A DNA stretch of 64,000 nucleotides from Lytechinus pictus (lineage: Eukaryota): assembly GCF_037042905.1 (NCBI RefSeq), contig NC_087251.1, positions 29,576,001-29,640,000 on the forward strand. The letters are read 5' to 3'. The stretch's first letter is position 1, and each line of letters opens with the position of its first letter. Of the stretch, positions 45,365 through 58,805 are shown piece after piece. The position numbers and the translations under genes were made by a program. Under the pieces are notes generated by a model. The model was not told where the DNA came from, made no database searches, and saw only the letters and a program-made list of their open reading frames with translations.

Positions 45365-48300
45365 GTAAACACCGACATTACTTTCCATTTTTTCATAGTG
45401 TTAATTGATAAATAATTTAGTTTTATGTTATTCTTACAAGCTTATTGTATCATTATACTGAATATGTCATATTTAGATGAATAGGGGTAAACATATGGGG
45501 TGTAATGTGCGAAATGGAGTGGAATTTCACGTTTGCTTTGGTGCGAGGAAAAATGATGATGCAAAGCACGCACACCGTATACGTATACGGTGTGCGTGCA
45601 TTGCGCATGGCGTGGCCGACATGGTTGAGTAGTTTCGCCGGTTCGAACTGGTTTCAACCAGTCTGATAATGCCGGGTACGGAGTTTTCGCCAAGGGCAAG
45701 GATGGAGAGCAACTCAGCTCTGTCGCGCGCTGATCATACTCGTAACTTGACAAAAAGGCCGCCTGGCCAGGATTTACGGAATTATTGGTATAGTGAACAC
45801 ACAAGACGCTTTAAACAGGAGGCAAGGGTGTAGATCTAGTATTAGTCAACTGCAGTACTAGTATTAATTAGTGTTGTGTTAGAAAAGAAAGAGAGAGGGA
45901 GTAAACTAAAGAGAGAGAGAATTAAAAGACAATTAATAAAAGTGTTTTGCCTGTGAAACCATACCCCATCCTTTATTACAATATATTTAAGTTCTGTTGT
46001 AAAAACAAGTTCAAGTTTTATTTAAACCAATCAAACAAACACAGTTAAACAAAGAAAATAAGAAGGCATGATAGGTACGTTTGGGACCCCATAGAAGCAG
46101 AGCATATGAGAGGGGCCCCTTATATACATTGCAACAATAATATGATGAAAAATGTATACAATGATAATCTAGAGATTTAATGAGAAAAATACAAACACAC
46201 GCACACATGGTTTATCAAGATTCAATTTAATTATAAAAGAGAGGGGTGGGGGATCTTTTAAAATGGCACTGTAGTGTATAATACATGATGTACTCCACAC
46301 CAGACCTGCTAAATAAAGTATGGTAATAATAGTAATACACCAGTCGTACTGTTGTACTTCATCATGTCATGAGATGAAGAGAAGGAATAATAACACTGGG
46401 TCGTGACCTACATGTACATGAACCCTGTCCCTTCAATTTTTTCCCCCAGTCAGACAGACCTGTAAGGTGATTGTAGGAAAAGAAGAAGAAAAAAAAGAAA
46501 AGGAGATAGAAATGGGAAGATGAAAGAAGTGTATAAAAAACACAGGTAACTCCCTGCTGAAATCCAACATCTGCTTAGGTTAAATCAGTTTTGTTAAAAA
46601 AAATTGACACCTTGGAATCTTCTTGGCACCTCCCCCCCCCCCCCCCTAGAATTAGAAATACATTGGCAGTGATTCTGTTTAAGAAGTTGCAGAGATCATA
46701 TCAGCATTTCCAATTTCTGGAACTTGGGACATAATTTGAGGAATTTGAGATTTTTTTAATGGCACGTTTTGTTTTGATCTTGCTCTAGATTTAATGGGTT
46801 TTGTGGATTTTATTTCTATGAATTTCTTTTAGAAAAACGCACCAAAGCATTCATGTACATGTATGATCCAAAGATTTGCTTCCTCATTGTCCTACATGTA
46901 TAAAGCGTATTGTAGGTTTATAACAGCACATTTAAAATGTATTGCCAGATTCCAGGAAATCTGAGAGTTCTTTTCATGAATAAATAGCAGGATTACTGTG
47001 GTTTCTCCTATGGCTTTGGAAACAGCTTGGTTGGGTGCAGGGTGCTTAGCAAACCATTTGTCTGTTTTCAAGTTCTTCCATTGGGGGATTCATGGCTTTT
47101 GATTGTTTCTGTCAAGTTTGTGGGAACTACAGGTACATGTATGCTTACCCAAAACAACCCTTCTACATGTATCTCATGTTTTTGCATTATTGTTTTTACA
47201 TAATAAGGAAGGTGGTATATTTCACTGCTTTATAAGACCAGACCTACATGTAAGCAAAATAAACTCAATTTATGAATTCCAAAGTGAACTTGTTTTTCTG
47301 TATGTTTGATATTAATTAAACAGTATCAGTATCAATTTTGCATCTATATTCTCACCATCTTTTCCATGTACATTGTATTTGTAGGGCCTACAAAAATTTG
47401 ATAAAAGAGAATTTACAACTAATCTTAATTTTTCCTGTGATGTTTCAAATTTCTGTTGTAGGACTGACCAAGAAACTAGACTACGTTACAGGCATTGGTG
47501 CTGGTGTGTTGGTACTGTCTTCCATCTACAAACAGTCTGAACAGCAACAGGACCTGGGTCAAGAGGTTGTGGACAGGCTGGTTGTGGACTTCACCAATGT
47601 GGACTCCCGTCTGGGAACTCTTGAAGACTTTGATGCCTTGATGACCGCTGCTGAAGATCAAGGTGGGATCATTGTTTTGGTGATGTTTTTGTGTGTGTGT
47701 TTTTTTGGTGACTTTATAAATTGTAATTAATTACAATATATCTTAATTGCCATTTTAAATATTTAGTTGTAAACTCGTAATAATTGAGAGCCACAAGTGC
47801 ATTATAATAGGAGCGTTCATGACTACTTTTTATCAGAGCTGCTTGACTATGAAAGTGATACCTTTTTGTAATTTCCTAGATAATTGGTTATATACCAGCT
47901 TGGCATTTCCCAGTGAAAAGCTGCCGAGTTCCTACGGGAGTTTACAGTAACAGTATACTAAATAATGTACAATTGATAAACCTTTTGCAAGAACGGGCAA
48001 AAAGAGACAATAGGCCTTTGTACATGTAATATGTCTATAGAGACCCTTCAAATGGGGTAAAATATCCTTGCAGGAGAAGAAAATTGGGGAGAAAACTGTA
48101 CAATGTTTCATAAAGAGGTGAAAAGGAGGTCAAACTCTGCTTATTCTATGCAGATAGGCAGTTAGTGGCAATAAAACTGTCAGCTTACCAGATGTAAAGT
48201 GGACTTTGTCTTCCTGCCTTTGTTAGCAAACTATAAACATTGTTTGAACAATCACTATCTTGTTTTTTCTAAAGTGATATTGCCTACATGTTCAATGAGT

Positions 48301-51300
48301 TTGTCCAGGGCCGGCCGGGTCACCCTGATATTTATCTTTGAACCATTGTTTTAGCAAAGTGCATGTTGAAGCAGGTGCTTGCACCAAGGAGCTTCAAACA
48401 GACTGTTCTAGTTGCATGCCGCTGTGGGCTCTGAGAAAAGTCGTTAACATTGAATTACAGTCTGTTCTTGCAGACTAGGAACTAGGGGGTACAGAGTAGT
48501 CAAAACAGCTCAGATTTTTCAAGTCAAAAGGTTATGGGAACTATGCATACAATGGGTTCTCAAACATGTTCTCCCAAACAGAAAAGCTGTGGAATGTTTA
48601 AAAGACCAGTATTGTACATACACTGTTTTTTACAATCAATGTATATGCGAATGTACAGTCAATGATGTACATTTAAGCCTACTACCCGAGTGTCTTACTC
48701 CTAATATTACTCTCATTCTTTATGTATGTACAAGATATCCACAAAAAGTAATATGTAAAAAAAAAAGTGATGAAACAGTAGGTACATGTAAATAGAACAG
48801 ATATCATCTAATATTGCAGATTAGTGTATGTTTTTTTCTTTCTTTCTTTTGGATGGGGGTATGGGTGGGATGGGGGTATGCCAATGAATATATAGCAATA
48901 AAGGGCATGCCATAGAATAAAGATAAAGATTTGAAGTACAAAGACACAAGTTCACACAACCTTGTTCTTGTTTGTCATGGTGCCATTTGCTCAACCCAGG
49001 CAGGAAGCCTGATAATTGTCTCTACCCGCAACCATCTGTTGTTTCAGATCTTCCTTTCCTGGTATTGTGTTAGTTGACAATGCCAAAAAAGTCACCCTGT
49101 AAACACAGATCTCCATACCCTGTCCTATCCCTGAACTTTAGACAGTCCCTCCTACATGATGTACATGCAGTCTACAGACACAGCCCTTGATAGGTGTTTT
49201 AAAGAGTCTGTAGCCTGAGACTATTTGTAACATAACTGGCATACAGGCCTCCATGGACCAAGGACATGAACAGGACATGCACAATTAAAGGAGAATGAAA
49301 CCCTTGGAGCAAGTTAGCTTTTGTGAAAGCAGAAAAATCAAAGAATAAGATCAACAAAAGTTTGAGTAAAATAGGACTAGCAATAGAAGAGTTATGAGCA
49401 TTTGAATGTCGAGATCACTAATGCTATGGAGATCCTCCCATTGGCAATGCGACCAAGATCTATGATGTCACAGATGAACAACTCTCCCCTTTTGGACACT
49501 GAAAATATACCCCAAAACATCTCTTTTTGCTCATTCTAATCATATGACAAACGATTCATCAATGATATAATTTAGTGAAACCTCTGTACTTGTCCTCTCA
49601 TAAAAAGAACACCTCACTTTGTGATAGACTCTATAAAAGTGAGAATATAAGTGAAATAAGTACTAAAGTAATGAGGGAGTTGTACGTGTGTGACATCACA
49701 GATCTTGGTCGCATTGCCAATGGGATCTACATGTACATGGCATTAGTGATCTCAATATTCAAATGCTCTTAACTTTCTTATTATTCATTCAATCTTCCTC
49801 AAACTTTCAACAATATGTTTCTTTGATTTTTCTCTTTGATATGGATTCAGCTGGTTTCAAGGGTTTCATTCTCCTTTAACATTTGACCATGGATGGATAT
49901 ATTATTCTGAATGATTTGACCATGACTAAAGTATGGGTGCACATTTTAGAAACGGCTTGAATTTAGGGACATGCAATTTAATCTACTAAACTCATTAATT
50001 AGTTTGTTCTGCTTGTTTTCTGCCTTCCATATTTTTATGTCAATTTTAATTCCTGTAATAAATTGTAAATGACATGATCCCAGCATGATCTGCCCTGCAT
50101 CATGGTGTAGTCATAAACAAAATATCAGACAGTCAAGGACGAATATAGTACATGTACATTAATAACAAGAAATTTGTTATTCAATATGCTGATGCAGTGT
50201 AACCCACCAGCAGATTGCTCATGTTCCCTGAATTTATTATTACATATGCAGAAGAGTCTTTATTATATATCAGGGTACATGTACATAATGGGGTTGGCCA
50301 CGTACATCCCAAGTACATGTATTTATATGTAACCAAGCATGCTGTTCTCTGAAATTGAATTTGTTGATCGTGAAAATTGTCTCAACTGAATATCCTCATA
50401 TTTGGTCAGCACTAACCCAATTTGGAGATTATAATGATCTGCACATCTAAGCAGTAAGCATTTACATCATTGTTCAAGAAAGTTATTTAAATAAAACATA
50501 TTTTTAACGAAAAATTCTTACGGTACTCGTACTTGCATAAAATGGAGGTCTGCATCAAAATAGTCTGCATTCAAGAGCTTGGTCTTCATATTTTTGATTA
50601 CTTCATTGTTTATATTTATGCTGGCTACTCTATTTGCCTGTTTCGATCGTGCAAAAACAATTGATTTATGAATTAATTTTCCACTGTTATGACTTATTTA
50701 TGAGATACTATTTATTTATCTCTCCTTATAAATTTTTTTCTTAACAGGACTGAAAGTGATCTTAGAATTTGTCCCTAACCATTCCAGTAAGGAGCATCCT
50801 TGGTTCTTGGCCAGTCGTAACAGGACTGGCAACTACAGCGATTACTACGTATGGGAAGATTGTGATAAAACTAACCCACCAAATGACTGGGTAGGTCATT
50901 CGTTCAGTCACACACAGTAAATTTGTTCGATGCAATGTTCACATTTACTTTATTTTTCATTTTGATTCATCAAAATAAGTTATTAAATTTAATGGTATTT
51001 GAAGAGTTATCAAGTTTGCTTGGTTTGGAGGAGATTCCTAGAGTCTAAAAGAATTCAGCATGAATTGAACATCTTTTCATTTATTTCATTGATCTCTCAA
51101 TATATCCTTAGCTACTCTTTATTCTTACACAGTATGGTAGTTTCAGTATTGGGAAATGGTCCACCCTCCCAACCCCCTCAATAGATATGTACCCCTATTC
51201 TAAAAAGCCATATGAATTTCACAAATAGATGTTAAATATCAATGAATTAGACTATGTATATAGCAAAAACTAAATGAATTAACAAAAATTAGAAGTGATG

Positions 51301-54300
51301 ATAATGAATTAATTATGCCTAGAAGTAATTGATACAAGATAAAATCCTTATTTGACCAATGCTAAGATGGAAACCAATCTTTTTTAGTTTGAAATTTTTA
51401 TTTCTGACTGATTGTTGTTTTCTTGCAGCTCAACAAGTATGGAGACTCTGCATGGACCTATAATGCTGTCAGGGGTCAGTGCTACTACCATTACTTGACA
51501 AAAGATCAACCAGACCTCAACTACGACAACATCAACGTCCAGATGGCCATTCAGGTAAGATCTCAACTTCAAGGGTCAAGTCCACCTTATAGATAAGCTG
51601 ATTTGAATAAATTAAAACATCAGATAGGCATATCACATAAATATAAAAATATATATTTAATTGTAACAAAGTATTGATATTAGATTCTTAATTCACAAAA
51701 GGTTCCTTTCAATTTCTGTGAACTTTTATTATTGACATTGTACTAAGACAGGAAAATCTTGTTACATTAATTCCCACATTTTATCTGATTTAAAAGTTTG
51801 AACACATGTCACTGTTATATGCAAAGATTTATGTTTGTTTCACAGGAATCATTGAAATAATTGTTGCCTTTTATATTTCAGGATGCCTTCAAGTTCTGGT
51901 TTGAGCGCAGGGTTGATGGATTCGTTTTCAGTGATGTTGACTACATCTATGAATCTGGTGATGTCGCCACAGCCCTCGGCAATCGTCGCCGCCGCCAAGC
52001 AGGAAATGAGACTCAAAGTCCAACTGCAAGTCCAGCTAATTCTACAACTGTTGCAAATCAGCCAGAACCCACCAGCGAGCCAGAACCAACCAGTCAACCA
52101 GAGCCTGCTACTCAATCAGAATCAAATAACCCATCTGGAGGCGGGGCCTCGGCTACGGTAGGTGCTTACTTTCCTGTATATTTGTCATATACACAAGGGT
52201 TTTAAAGAGCTGTTTGAGCCCTTGTTCCAGATAAAATTAAAATGTCTTTTCCGCCATTGTTTTATATTGATGAAGAAGTTGATTTCTTGTTTTTATTGTG
52301 ATTATAAATAAACGGAACACAAATGAGTGTATGGGACTTCATCACTAGTGTACCTAAGGGGGGGGGGCAGACTGCCCCCCCTGACGAGTCACAACTCATG
52401 CAGGGACGTATCCCTGCCCCCCTGACAAGTCACAACTGATACAGGGGACGTGCCCCCCCCCCCCCTTTTGAGAAGCTAAAATAATAATTTGTAATGTAAA
52501 AATGCAATAAAAAACAGACATGTACGCCCTCTTTAGAACCTGAAGACCCTTTTTTTTTTTTGCTTGTCAACTTTTTTTGTGGTAAGAAATCCTTTTTTTT
52601 TTTTTTTTTTTTTGGCTTGTCAAATTTTTTCGCGGACGAAATATCCTCCAAAAAATTTGCCCCCCTTCTGGAAAATCCTAGGTACGCCAGTGGACTTCAT
52701 GCATATGTACATGTACCTTAAATGTTCCATTGGGCCTTAAAATCTCACATTATGTTTCGTATTGCAAATGTCAAGGTATGTTTTCTTCACTACCAACTCC
52801 ATAGGAATAGATTGAAAAAGCCCCTTTAATCAGTTTTAAGATCAATAAATCATTATCTTTTTTTTCCCCATCTGTAGCAATACTCCTGTGTTGGTGATTC
52901 TTGCCCTGGTGTCCAAGCCAAACTTCACAACCTCCTTGTAAGCTGGAGAGAAGTCTTCAACGACAAAAGCTACCTTGGAAAGTACAGGTGGGTCATTTAT
53001 TTTTTTATTTTTTTTGGACAGTTGGTTTTATTGTTATTGTTAGTTTCAATTTGGCGCAAATGTAATTTGCATGCCCTGATTTATTACAACCAACCAGGGT
53101 CCTGTTACATTAGTACACTGAGCTGTTTGGCTGCAGTTAAATTTATTATTCACATTCATGTATTTCAAGCATTTGCTCTTGTTGGAAGTTTTGTGATGCT
53201 TTTCAGGGATGATAGTTGTAAAGCTCTTTGAAATACAAAGGAATTTGTGTTTCATTTTATGTCAATATGCCATTTATCACTTAATCCCCACAAATTCCTC
53301 CTTTCTGTCCATCAAATATTGCAAATTCATACAAAGATTTTTTTTTACTTCAGGCTCATGGTGACGGAAACCGAGAAGGCTCCTGCAGATGCTGTCCTCC
53401 AGTTTGGCAACGGAACCCGCGAAGCAGACTTGGTGATCAACCTTGGCTTTGCTAAGGCTATAGATGGCGCCCCAACAGTTGACACTATCCAGGGTGCTGT
53501 GGCAAGCTGGTTAGCCGCCAAGGATGATGATGCTTTTGAAAACAGATGGAATACTTGGACAGTAAGTGGCGATTCTGATATTGCTGAATACTTGTATACA
53601 TTAATCCATTGCTTACTGGAAGGAGCTTATCTCTGTAAAAAAAGTCCAAGGGAATTGCAGAATTCACTTGTTGATTGATTGGCATAGATGTACACCAGTA
53701 GAATTTTCTGTGCTATTAAGCTAGGTCTTGTCCTCGTTCGCCCAAATGAAATGGATATTCCATTGATTCTTCCCCCAATGCATCTGAAGCATAGGGCTTA
53801 AATGGGTTCATGATCGAATTGATCAATTCCCTTTCAAATTTGATCATGGAAACAAAATATACCAAGTCTGTACAAAAGAATTACACATGGCCTAACTTTA
53901 AATGAGATAAAATGGAAGATGTACTTATCAGAAATTAAATATATTAGATTTGAAGAAAAAAAAAGTGCCAGTAAAGATGCATTAGACTTAAAATTGAGTT
54001 TTCCAAACCACCAACCCCCCAACACTTATTTCTATGAAATGAAAGTAGACCACATGAAATTAAACAAAAGTAGCAGATAATTTGTGATACTTTTTACCAG
54101 TACAGAAACCCCCTCTGTTACTGAGATTACTCTAAAGATGAACCTACGTGTGTTTTTTTTTATCATGCAGCTTGGTGACGAGAGGATGTCTCGCATCGCT
54201 AGCCGTGCTGGAGAGCAGTTTGTACGCTCACTCAATTTCATTCTGCTCACCCTTCCTGGAGCACCCATCACTTACTATGGAGAAGAGCTTGGAGCCCTCG

Positions 54301-56036
54301 ATACGGTATGTATGCAAAATAATACTCTTGACCATTAGATTCTGCTATTTCACCATGGTCTGCACAAGAATCGTTGCAATTTCAGTAGGCATTGCATGGC
54401 AAATGGAGGCAACAGAATTGCCATCATATTGGTATCCATTTAGTAACTCCTGATCTGATTTACTTCTGAAATAGTTAACCTTACTTAAAAAAACATGTAC
54501 AACAATCATTCAAGATACTGTATACAGTAGGATCGATCCTTTCTTTTCTCAGCTTTTGAGAATTTACAGGTTACCCAAAACACAAAAAAAGATAATTACT
54601 GTTTACAATCTCCTTGATTCTCCCATCGATGAACTCTGCATTGCATCATTAACCTGTTCTTCGTGAAGTCTAATATTACTTACCCTCTCAGAATCCATGT
54701 GAGCCTGTAGTATTGACTGCGGTGTGCAGTTCTGTTTACTTTTGGACATATCTTGTCTGTTCACAAATCAAGATACGTGTAGTTGGTTACACTAAAGATT
54801 CTGTGAATCCCCAAATCATAAGGAACCAGCCGCTCCAAGCATGATCTGAAGAATTAACACAGTATTGCTATTTTCATAGGACAATTTCCCAATATGTGTT
54901 CATGACTGACTATTCTACGGATAGTATATATATATTTTCACATTATTTGTTTTATTTGATGTGTTAAATAAGATAAATCCACTTTGTACCTCCACAGAGT
55001 GCCGCCGGTGACGATGCTTTCCGTGGACCTATGTACTGGGCCAACTTCACCAATGGTAACTTCACTGCAGCCAATGCTACAGCCTGGCAGTCTCTGCCTA
55101 CCAACCCCAAATACAGTGTCGAGGTGAGTTTCTTAGTCAGTATTTTGTTTGTGTGACAAGTCCAGAGCAGAAGCTTCAATGAAGCATACAAAGACCCGTG
55201 AGAAGTGTGATTGAGAAATGGCTTCATGCAGATATGGGTATGGGGTTCTGATTTCCATATAATGAATCAAATTTGTATACAAATATAAGTTGGTAAATAT
55301 TTTTAAGTATGTTTGGACAGGTAGAGTAACAAGACTGCATCATCCTTGATTAAAACAATATATTGTAAAGTCATTTTTCAAAGTAAATAGTGCTGGATAT
55401 AATTGGATGTGAAATTGCATAATTATGTTTTGATTTTAATGAACCAGTCAAATGCTAAGTACATGTAATATGCATTGGGATTTATGAATGTGATGCTATT
55501 TTATTGATTTGTAAACCGTGCTTCTAGGTATGGGGTATCGGCTGTATAGAGATTCGACTCTTCATATGTGTATCAGTAGAATGAAAAAAACAACAACTGA
55601 TGAATGAAGGCAGGCTTTTCACTTAGGCTATCATTTTCTCCCATCTGCATCGTTGACTGATTTATGATCCCAACATTTTCCCTCCCCCTCCCCACAGGTT
55701 CAAAGTATTGACAAGAAATCTCCATTCTCAGTATACAAGGAGCTAGCAAGCCTACATGGTGAGCCATCAATGACCGCTGGAGAATACACCATGATCCACG
55801 CCTCTGAATCAGTCTATGCCTACCTTCGTCAGTTCCCAGAATGGCCCGGCTACCTGGTCATCACCAACTTTGGTTCCTCCTCCGCTCCGGTCGACTTTGA
55901 AGTGAAAGTCAAAGACCGTGTTTACACCGAAGGAAAGTTCAAGCTAAGCAGCTCTGGCATGATGCCCGAGAAGAAGTGGGTTACCCTGTCCCAGCTTACT
56001 GTTGAACCAGCCACCTCCGTCCTCATAGAGGTTTAA
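44986..56036 (+). CDS. SLC3A2: SLC3 heavy chain, 4F2hc/CD98hc (SLC3A2)-like N-terminus with full GH13 ectodomain; whole spliced gene span
   Basis: GT-AG exons 44986-45364, 47462-47662, 50748-50890, 51429-51554, 51882-52157, 52878-52987, 53354-53561, 54171-54305, 54998-55123, 55698-56036 join in frame (2043 nt, 680 aa). N-terminus EKGEVKI...[50 protein letters not shown] resembles the CD98hc GLSKEELLKVAGSPGWVRTRWALLLLFWLGWLGML motif. The SLC3 family call is firm; the symbol is inferred. Confidence 0.85.
47462..47662 (+). CDS. SLC3A2: SLC3A2-like exon 2
   Basis: [25 protein letters not shown]...[26 protein letters not shown]. Confidence 0.9.
49289..49875. mobile_element. Kolobok-like palindromic non-autonomous element
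   Basis: TTAA|AGGAGAATGAAACCCTTG ... CAAGGGTTTCATTCTCCT|TTAA; inverted arms of about 190 bp. Confidence 0.85.
50748..50890 (+). CDS. SLC3A2: SLC3A2-like exon 3 (not in ORF track)
   Basis: [48 protein letters not shown]; cag/gtaggt. Confidence 0.9.
51429..51554 (+). CDS. SLC3A2: SLC3A2-like exon 4 (not in ORF track)
   Basis: [42 protein letters not shown]; cag/gtaaga. Confidence 0.9.
51882..52157 (+). CDS. SLC3A2: SLC3A2-like exon 5 with RRRR and Pro/Ser/Thr-rich insert
   Basis: [24 protein letters not shown]...[18 protein letters not shown]...GGGASAT; cag/gtaggt. Confidence 0.85.
52343..52692. mobile_element. hAT-like MITE of the family also embedded in the foldback arms
   Basis: CACTAGTGTACCTA ... 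TAGGTACGCCAGTG; 8-bp TSD GACTTCAT; matches about 9924-10255. Confidence 0.88.
52878..52987 (+). CDS. SLC3A2: SLC3A2-like exon 6 (not in ORF track)
   Basis: [37 protein letters not shown]; tag/gtgggt. Confidence 0.87.
53354..53561 (+). CDS. SLC3A2: SLC3A2-like exon 7
   Basis: [32 protein letters not shown]...ENRWNTWT; cag/gtaagt. Confidence 0.88.
54171..54305 (+). CDS. SLC3A2: SLC3A2-like exon 8
   Basis: [14 protein letters not shown]...[21 protein letters not shown]; cag/gtatgt. Confidence 0.9.
54998..55123 (+). CDS. SLC3A2: SLC3A2-like exon 9 (not in ORF track)
   Basis: [42 protein letters not shown]; cag/gtgagt. Confidence 0.88.
55698..56036 (+). CDS. SLC3A2: SLC3A2-like exon 10 (C-terminal beta-sandwich)
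   Basis: [30 protein letters not shown]...[21 protein letters not shown]...[13 protein letters not shown]. Confidence 0.88.
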   Translation, partial: VQSIDKKSPFSVYKELASLHGEPSMTAGEYTMIHASESVYAYLRQFPEWPGYLVITNFGSSSAPVDFEVKVKDRVYTEGKFKLSSSGMMPEKKWVTLSQLTVEPATSVLIEV

Positions 56037-58147
56037 CACATGATTTGATATATTATGTCTTTGTCCAATTTTGCCTATTTTCTTGAGTAGTTATCACGAA
56101 TGCTGTCTTTCAGCTAAAGCCCATAATGTTTCTGTAAAACATTAAAATTTTATTCTTCAAACCGGTATTTCTGCATTTGTGTAGATGAAAAGTTGCAAGG
56201 GTTCAATTTCATGGTTCCTGCAATGTTTTTTCTGCTCCAACTAGAAATGGTATTTGGAGTTTTCGTGGAGACAGACTGGTGAAACTGAAACCACTGTTAA
56301 TAATCACGTCCAGCGTTTTATTCCTCTCTGGCACTTAAATTTAATGTTGATAACCCTTTTAATTTGTGGGGAACATTTTTGGTGAGGGGTTATTTTGTAT
56401 CACAATTAAGCGCTGCCTGCGCCATCATTAGTGAAGAAAAAAGATAGTGAGATGGCGAACTGTCTGCATTATTAGTTAGAATTTTAGCACAGAAGAAGCA
56501 AAAACACAATAGCACCAGTTTATTGACAATACAAGTGCTCAGTTATTAAATCATTCTTGTGGGAAAAAAAGTGGAAACATGTGATACTCCTCCAAGGAGA
56601 ATGACATCAACGACTGGAACCTTTTTTTTTCTCTCGAGAACTAGAATGTAACCCCATGTAACTGTCCCTTTTTTGGAATGTTAAGTGTACCCATGAGAAG
56701 AAATGCTCCCACAAAGCTGATTAATCGCCTCGGGAAATAAAATGGATGTATATGCCTGTCCTCAGATTTTGTTTTTCGTGATTAAAAGATATCATCCCTT
56801 TGAAGTATGTAAATGGTGTGTTTGTAATTTCTGTTTTGATGTTCATCTACTGTAAGATGAGAGAGCTTTTAAAGAGTTGTGCACTTTGATGATGAAAGTA
56901 GATAGCAAACAGTTGATAAAACATGCGAGTTTAACAAGACAAATTAAATTGAATGAACGTGTGAGGAAAGATATGGGTTGATAGTGTTGTACTTAGATTT
57001 AAAAAAAAAGTGTGGATGTTGTCTCCTTTCTTTCCCAAAATACATGTAGATAAGATTAAACTAAGTGTTTTTAGTTTTGCTGTTATTGCTCCCCCCCCAA
57101 AAAAAAAAGTTGCTACTTGTGCAGTTGACCCCTAGATATGTCACTGAATGCAAAATGCAAGAGTTAAATTGAGAAGTGAGATAGATTGATGAGGATAATG
57201 GGTTTTTAAAAGGAGATAATGTTCACTAAACATGCCATTGACAGAACTACCAACTGCTAATATTCCTTTTTAGTGTGTACCCTATGAAAATACATTTACT
57301 AAAATTGCATTTAATGCAATAGAGTACTACACTTGTCTTTTGGGGATGAATTTAAGTATACAGTTTCTTAAAAAACACTCTCAACACTGGTTGTGTGGTA
57401 ATAATTTACACTATTTGGAACAATGATACTTGCTGGAAAAGTATTAACATAAATTGGGAAAGCCCATGATTTTGTCTTAAGGGTTATGCACAGTCGGAGA
57501 GGAAAAGCTAAATTTCAGCGACATGTGTTCAGTAAACGTAATCTGACTCCCGCACGGTAGGTCCGATCGCCATAAATTTGATATCAAAATGTGCGGGAAG
57601 GATCAGAGGAAAAAGTCTTGAAATTTTGTTTCGAAATATTTAGGTGTTAGGAAGTATCGACAGGGAGGGAAAATAATGCCCCCCCCCCGGAGTATTAGGG
57701 TTTAAAAAAAAACATTTAAATGGAAATAACGAGGTTGTGAATCTATGCACTGAAATATCATTTATTAAGGATCAGATTTCAGACAATGTACAATATTGTG
57801 AGCTGTTGCCTATTAGATAAGGGAGATAAAAATGGATAGTCCTATGGACGTTTCATGAACAGTTTCATTGATTTTCACTGATTCATTCTCAGCCAATCAG
57901 ATGCAAAGATTTCAGTAGATTGTATCAAATATCGGTTGAAAATACTCACAAATCCGTTTGTGACACAATCCCCAGGATACAGGAACCGATATGTGAAAAG
58001 GTAAAAATCTGAAAACGAATAGATAGGAAGTAAAAAAGAAGGAAGACGGCAGAGAAAGGGAGCGAGAGATGGTCCCGGGAGATGGTTAGAGTTTGAGGAG
58101 TGGGTGGGGGTGTGTGTGAAGAGAGGTAGGGCGAGATAAGAGAATCT

Positions 58148-58379
58148 GGCCCGTATTCTGATAGCAGGTTTAACTTACCCTAGTCTAAAGTTAACCCTGG
58201 TTTAACTAAACCTCACCTCTGCTCTAAGTGTAGTTCATATTATTTTGGCATTCTGATAGCCAGGTTTAGTTAGTTAAACCTGGCTATCAGAATACTAAAA
58301 TAATCAAAATACGAAATATGGGGTTTATTACCACACTTAGACTAGGGATCTGTTAAACCAGGGTATCAGAATACGGTCC
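58148..58379. mobile_element. Short MITE of the GGCCCGTATTCTGATAGC family
   Basis: Same termini and subterminal sequence as 29011-32069. Confidence 0.75.
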
Positions 58380-58606
58380 TATGTGTTTTTGTGGGGGGGG
58401 GGGGGGGGGGGGGGGTATGCGCTTTCGTGAGAGATAAAAAAAAGAAGAAGAGGAAGGAATACATCGTCTACCATTACACGCATGGAAAAAAATGTACAAA
58501 GAAACTCTTGTTTCAAAGATGAGAGAAATGGGGGAAGATTAGCTTTTAGAATTGAAGCAGAATAGACTAAATAACTCCACTTTAATAAAGTCAGCTAGTG
58601 ACAATA

Positions 58607-58805
58607 GGGCAATTCCGTAAAATAATCAACCTTTTTGTACATCCGACTCCCATTTTTCTCGAGTTTTACTTTATTTCATAAACTTACCAAGTCATGATTA
58701 TTTGAGAGCATGACAGACTGTCATGAGAACCAGAAATCAAGAGAGAAAATTTCATGAAAGTCTCACGTACATGGGGTCGGTCGTCCATATTTTATGGAAT
58801 TGCCC
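58607..58805. mobile_element. MITE with GGGCAATTCC termini
   Basis: GGGCAATTCCGTAAAATA ... TATTTTATGGAATTGCCC. Confidence 0.65.
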
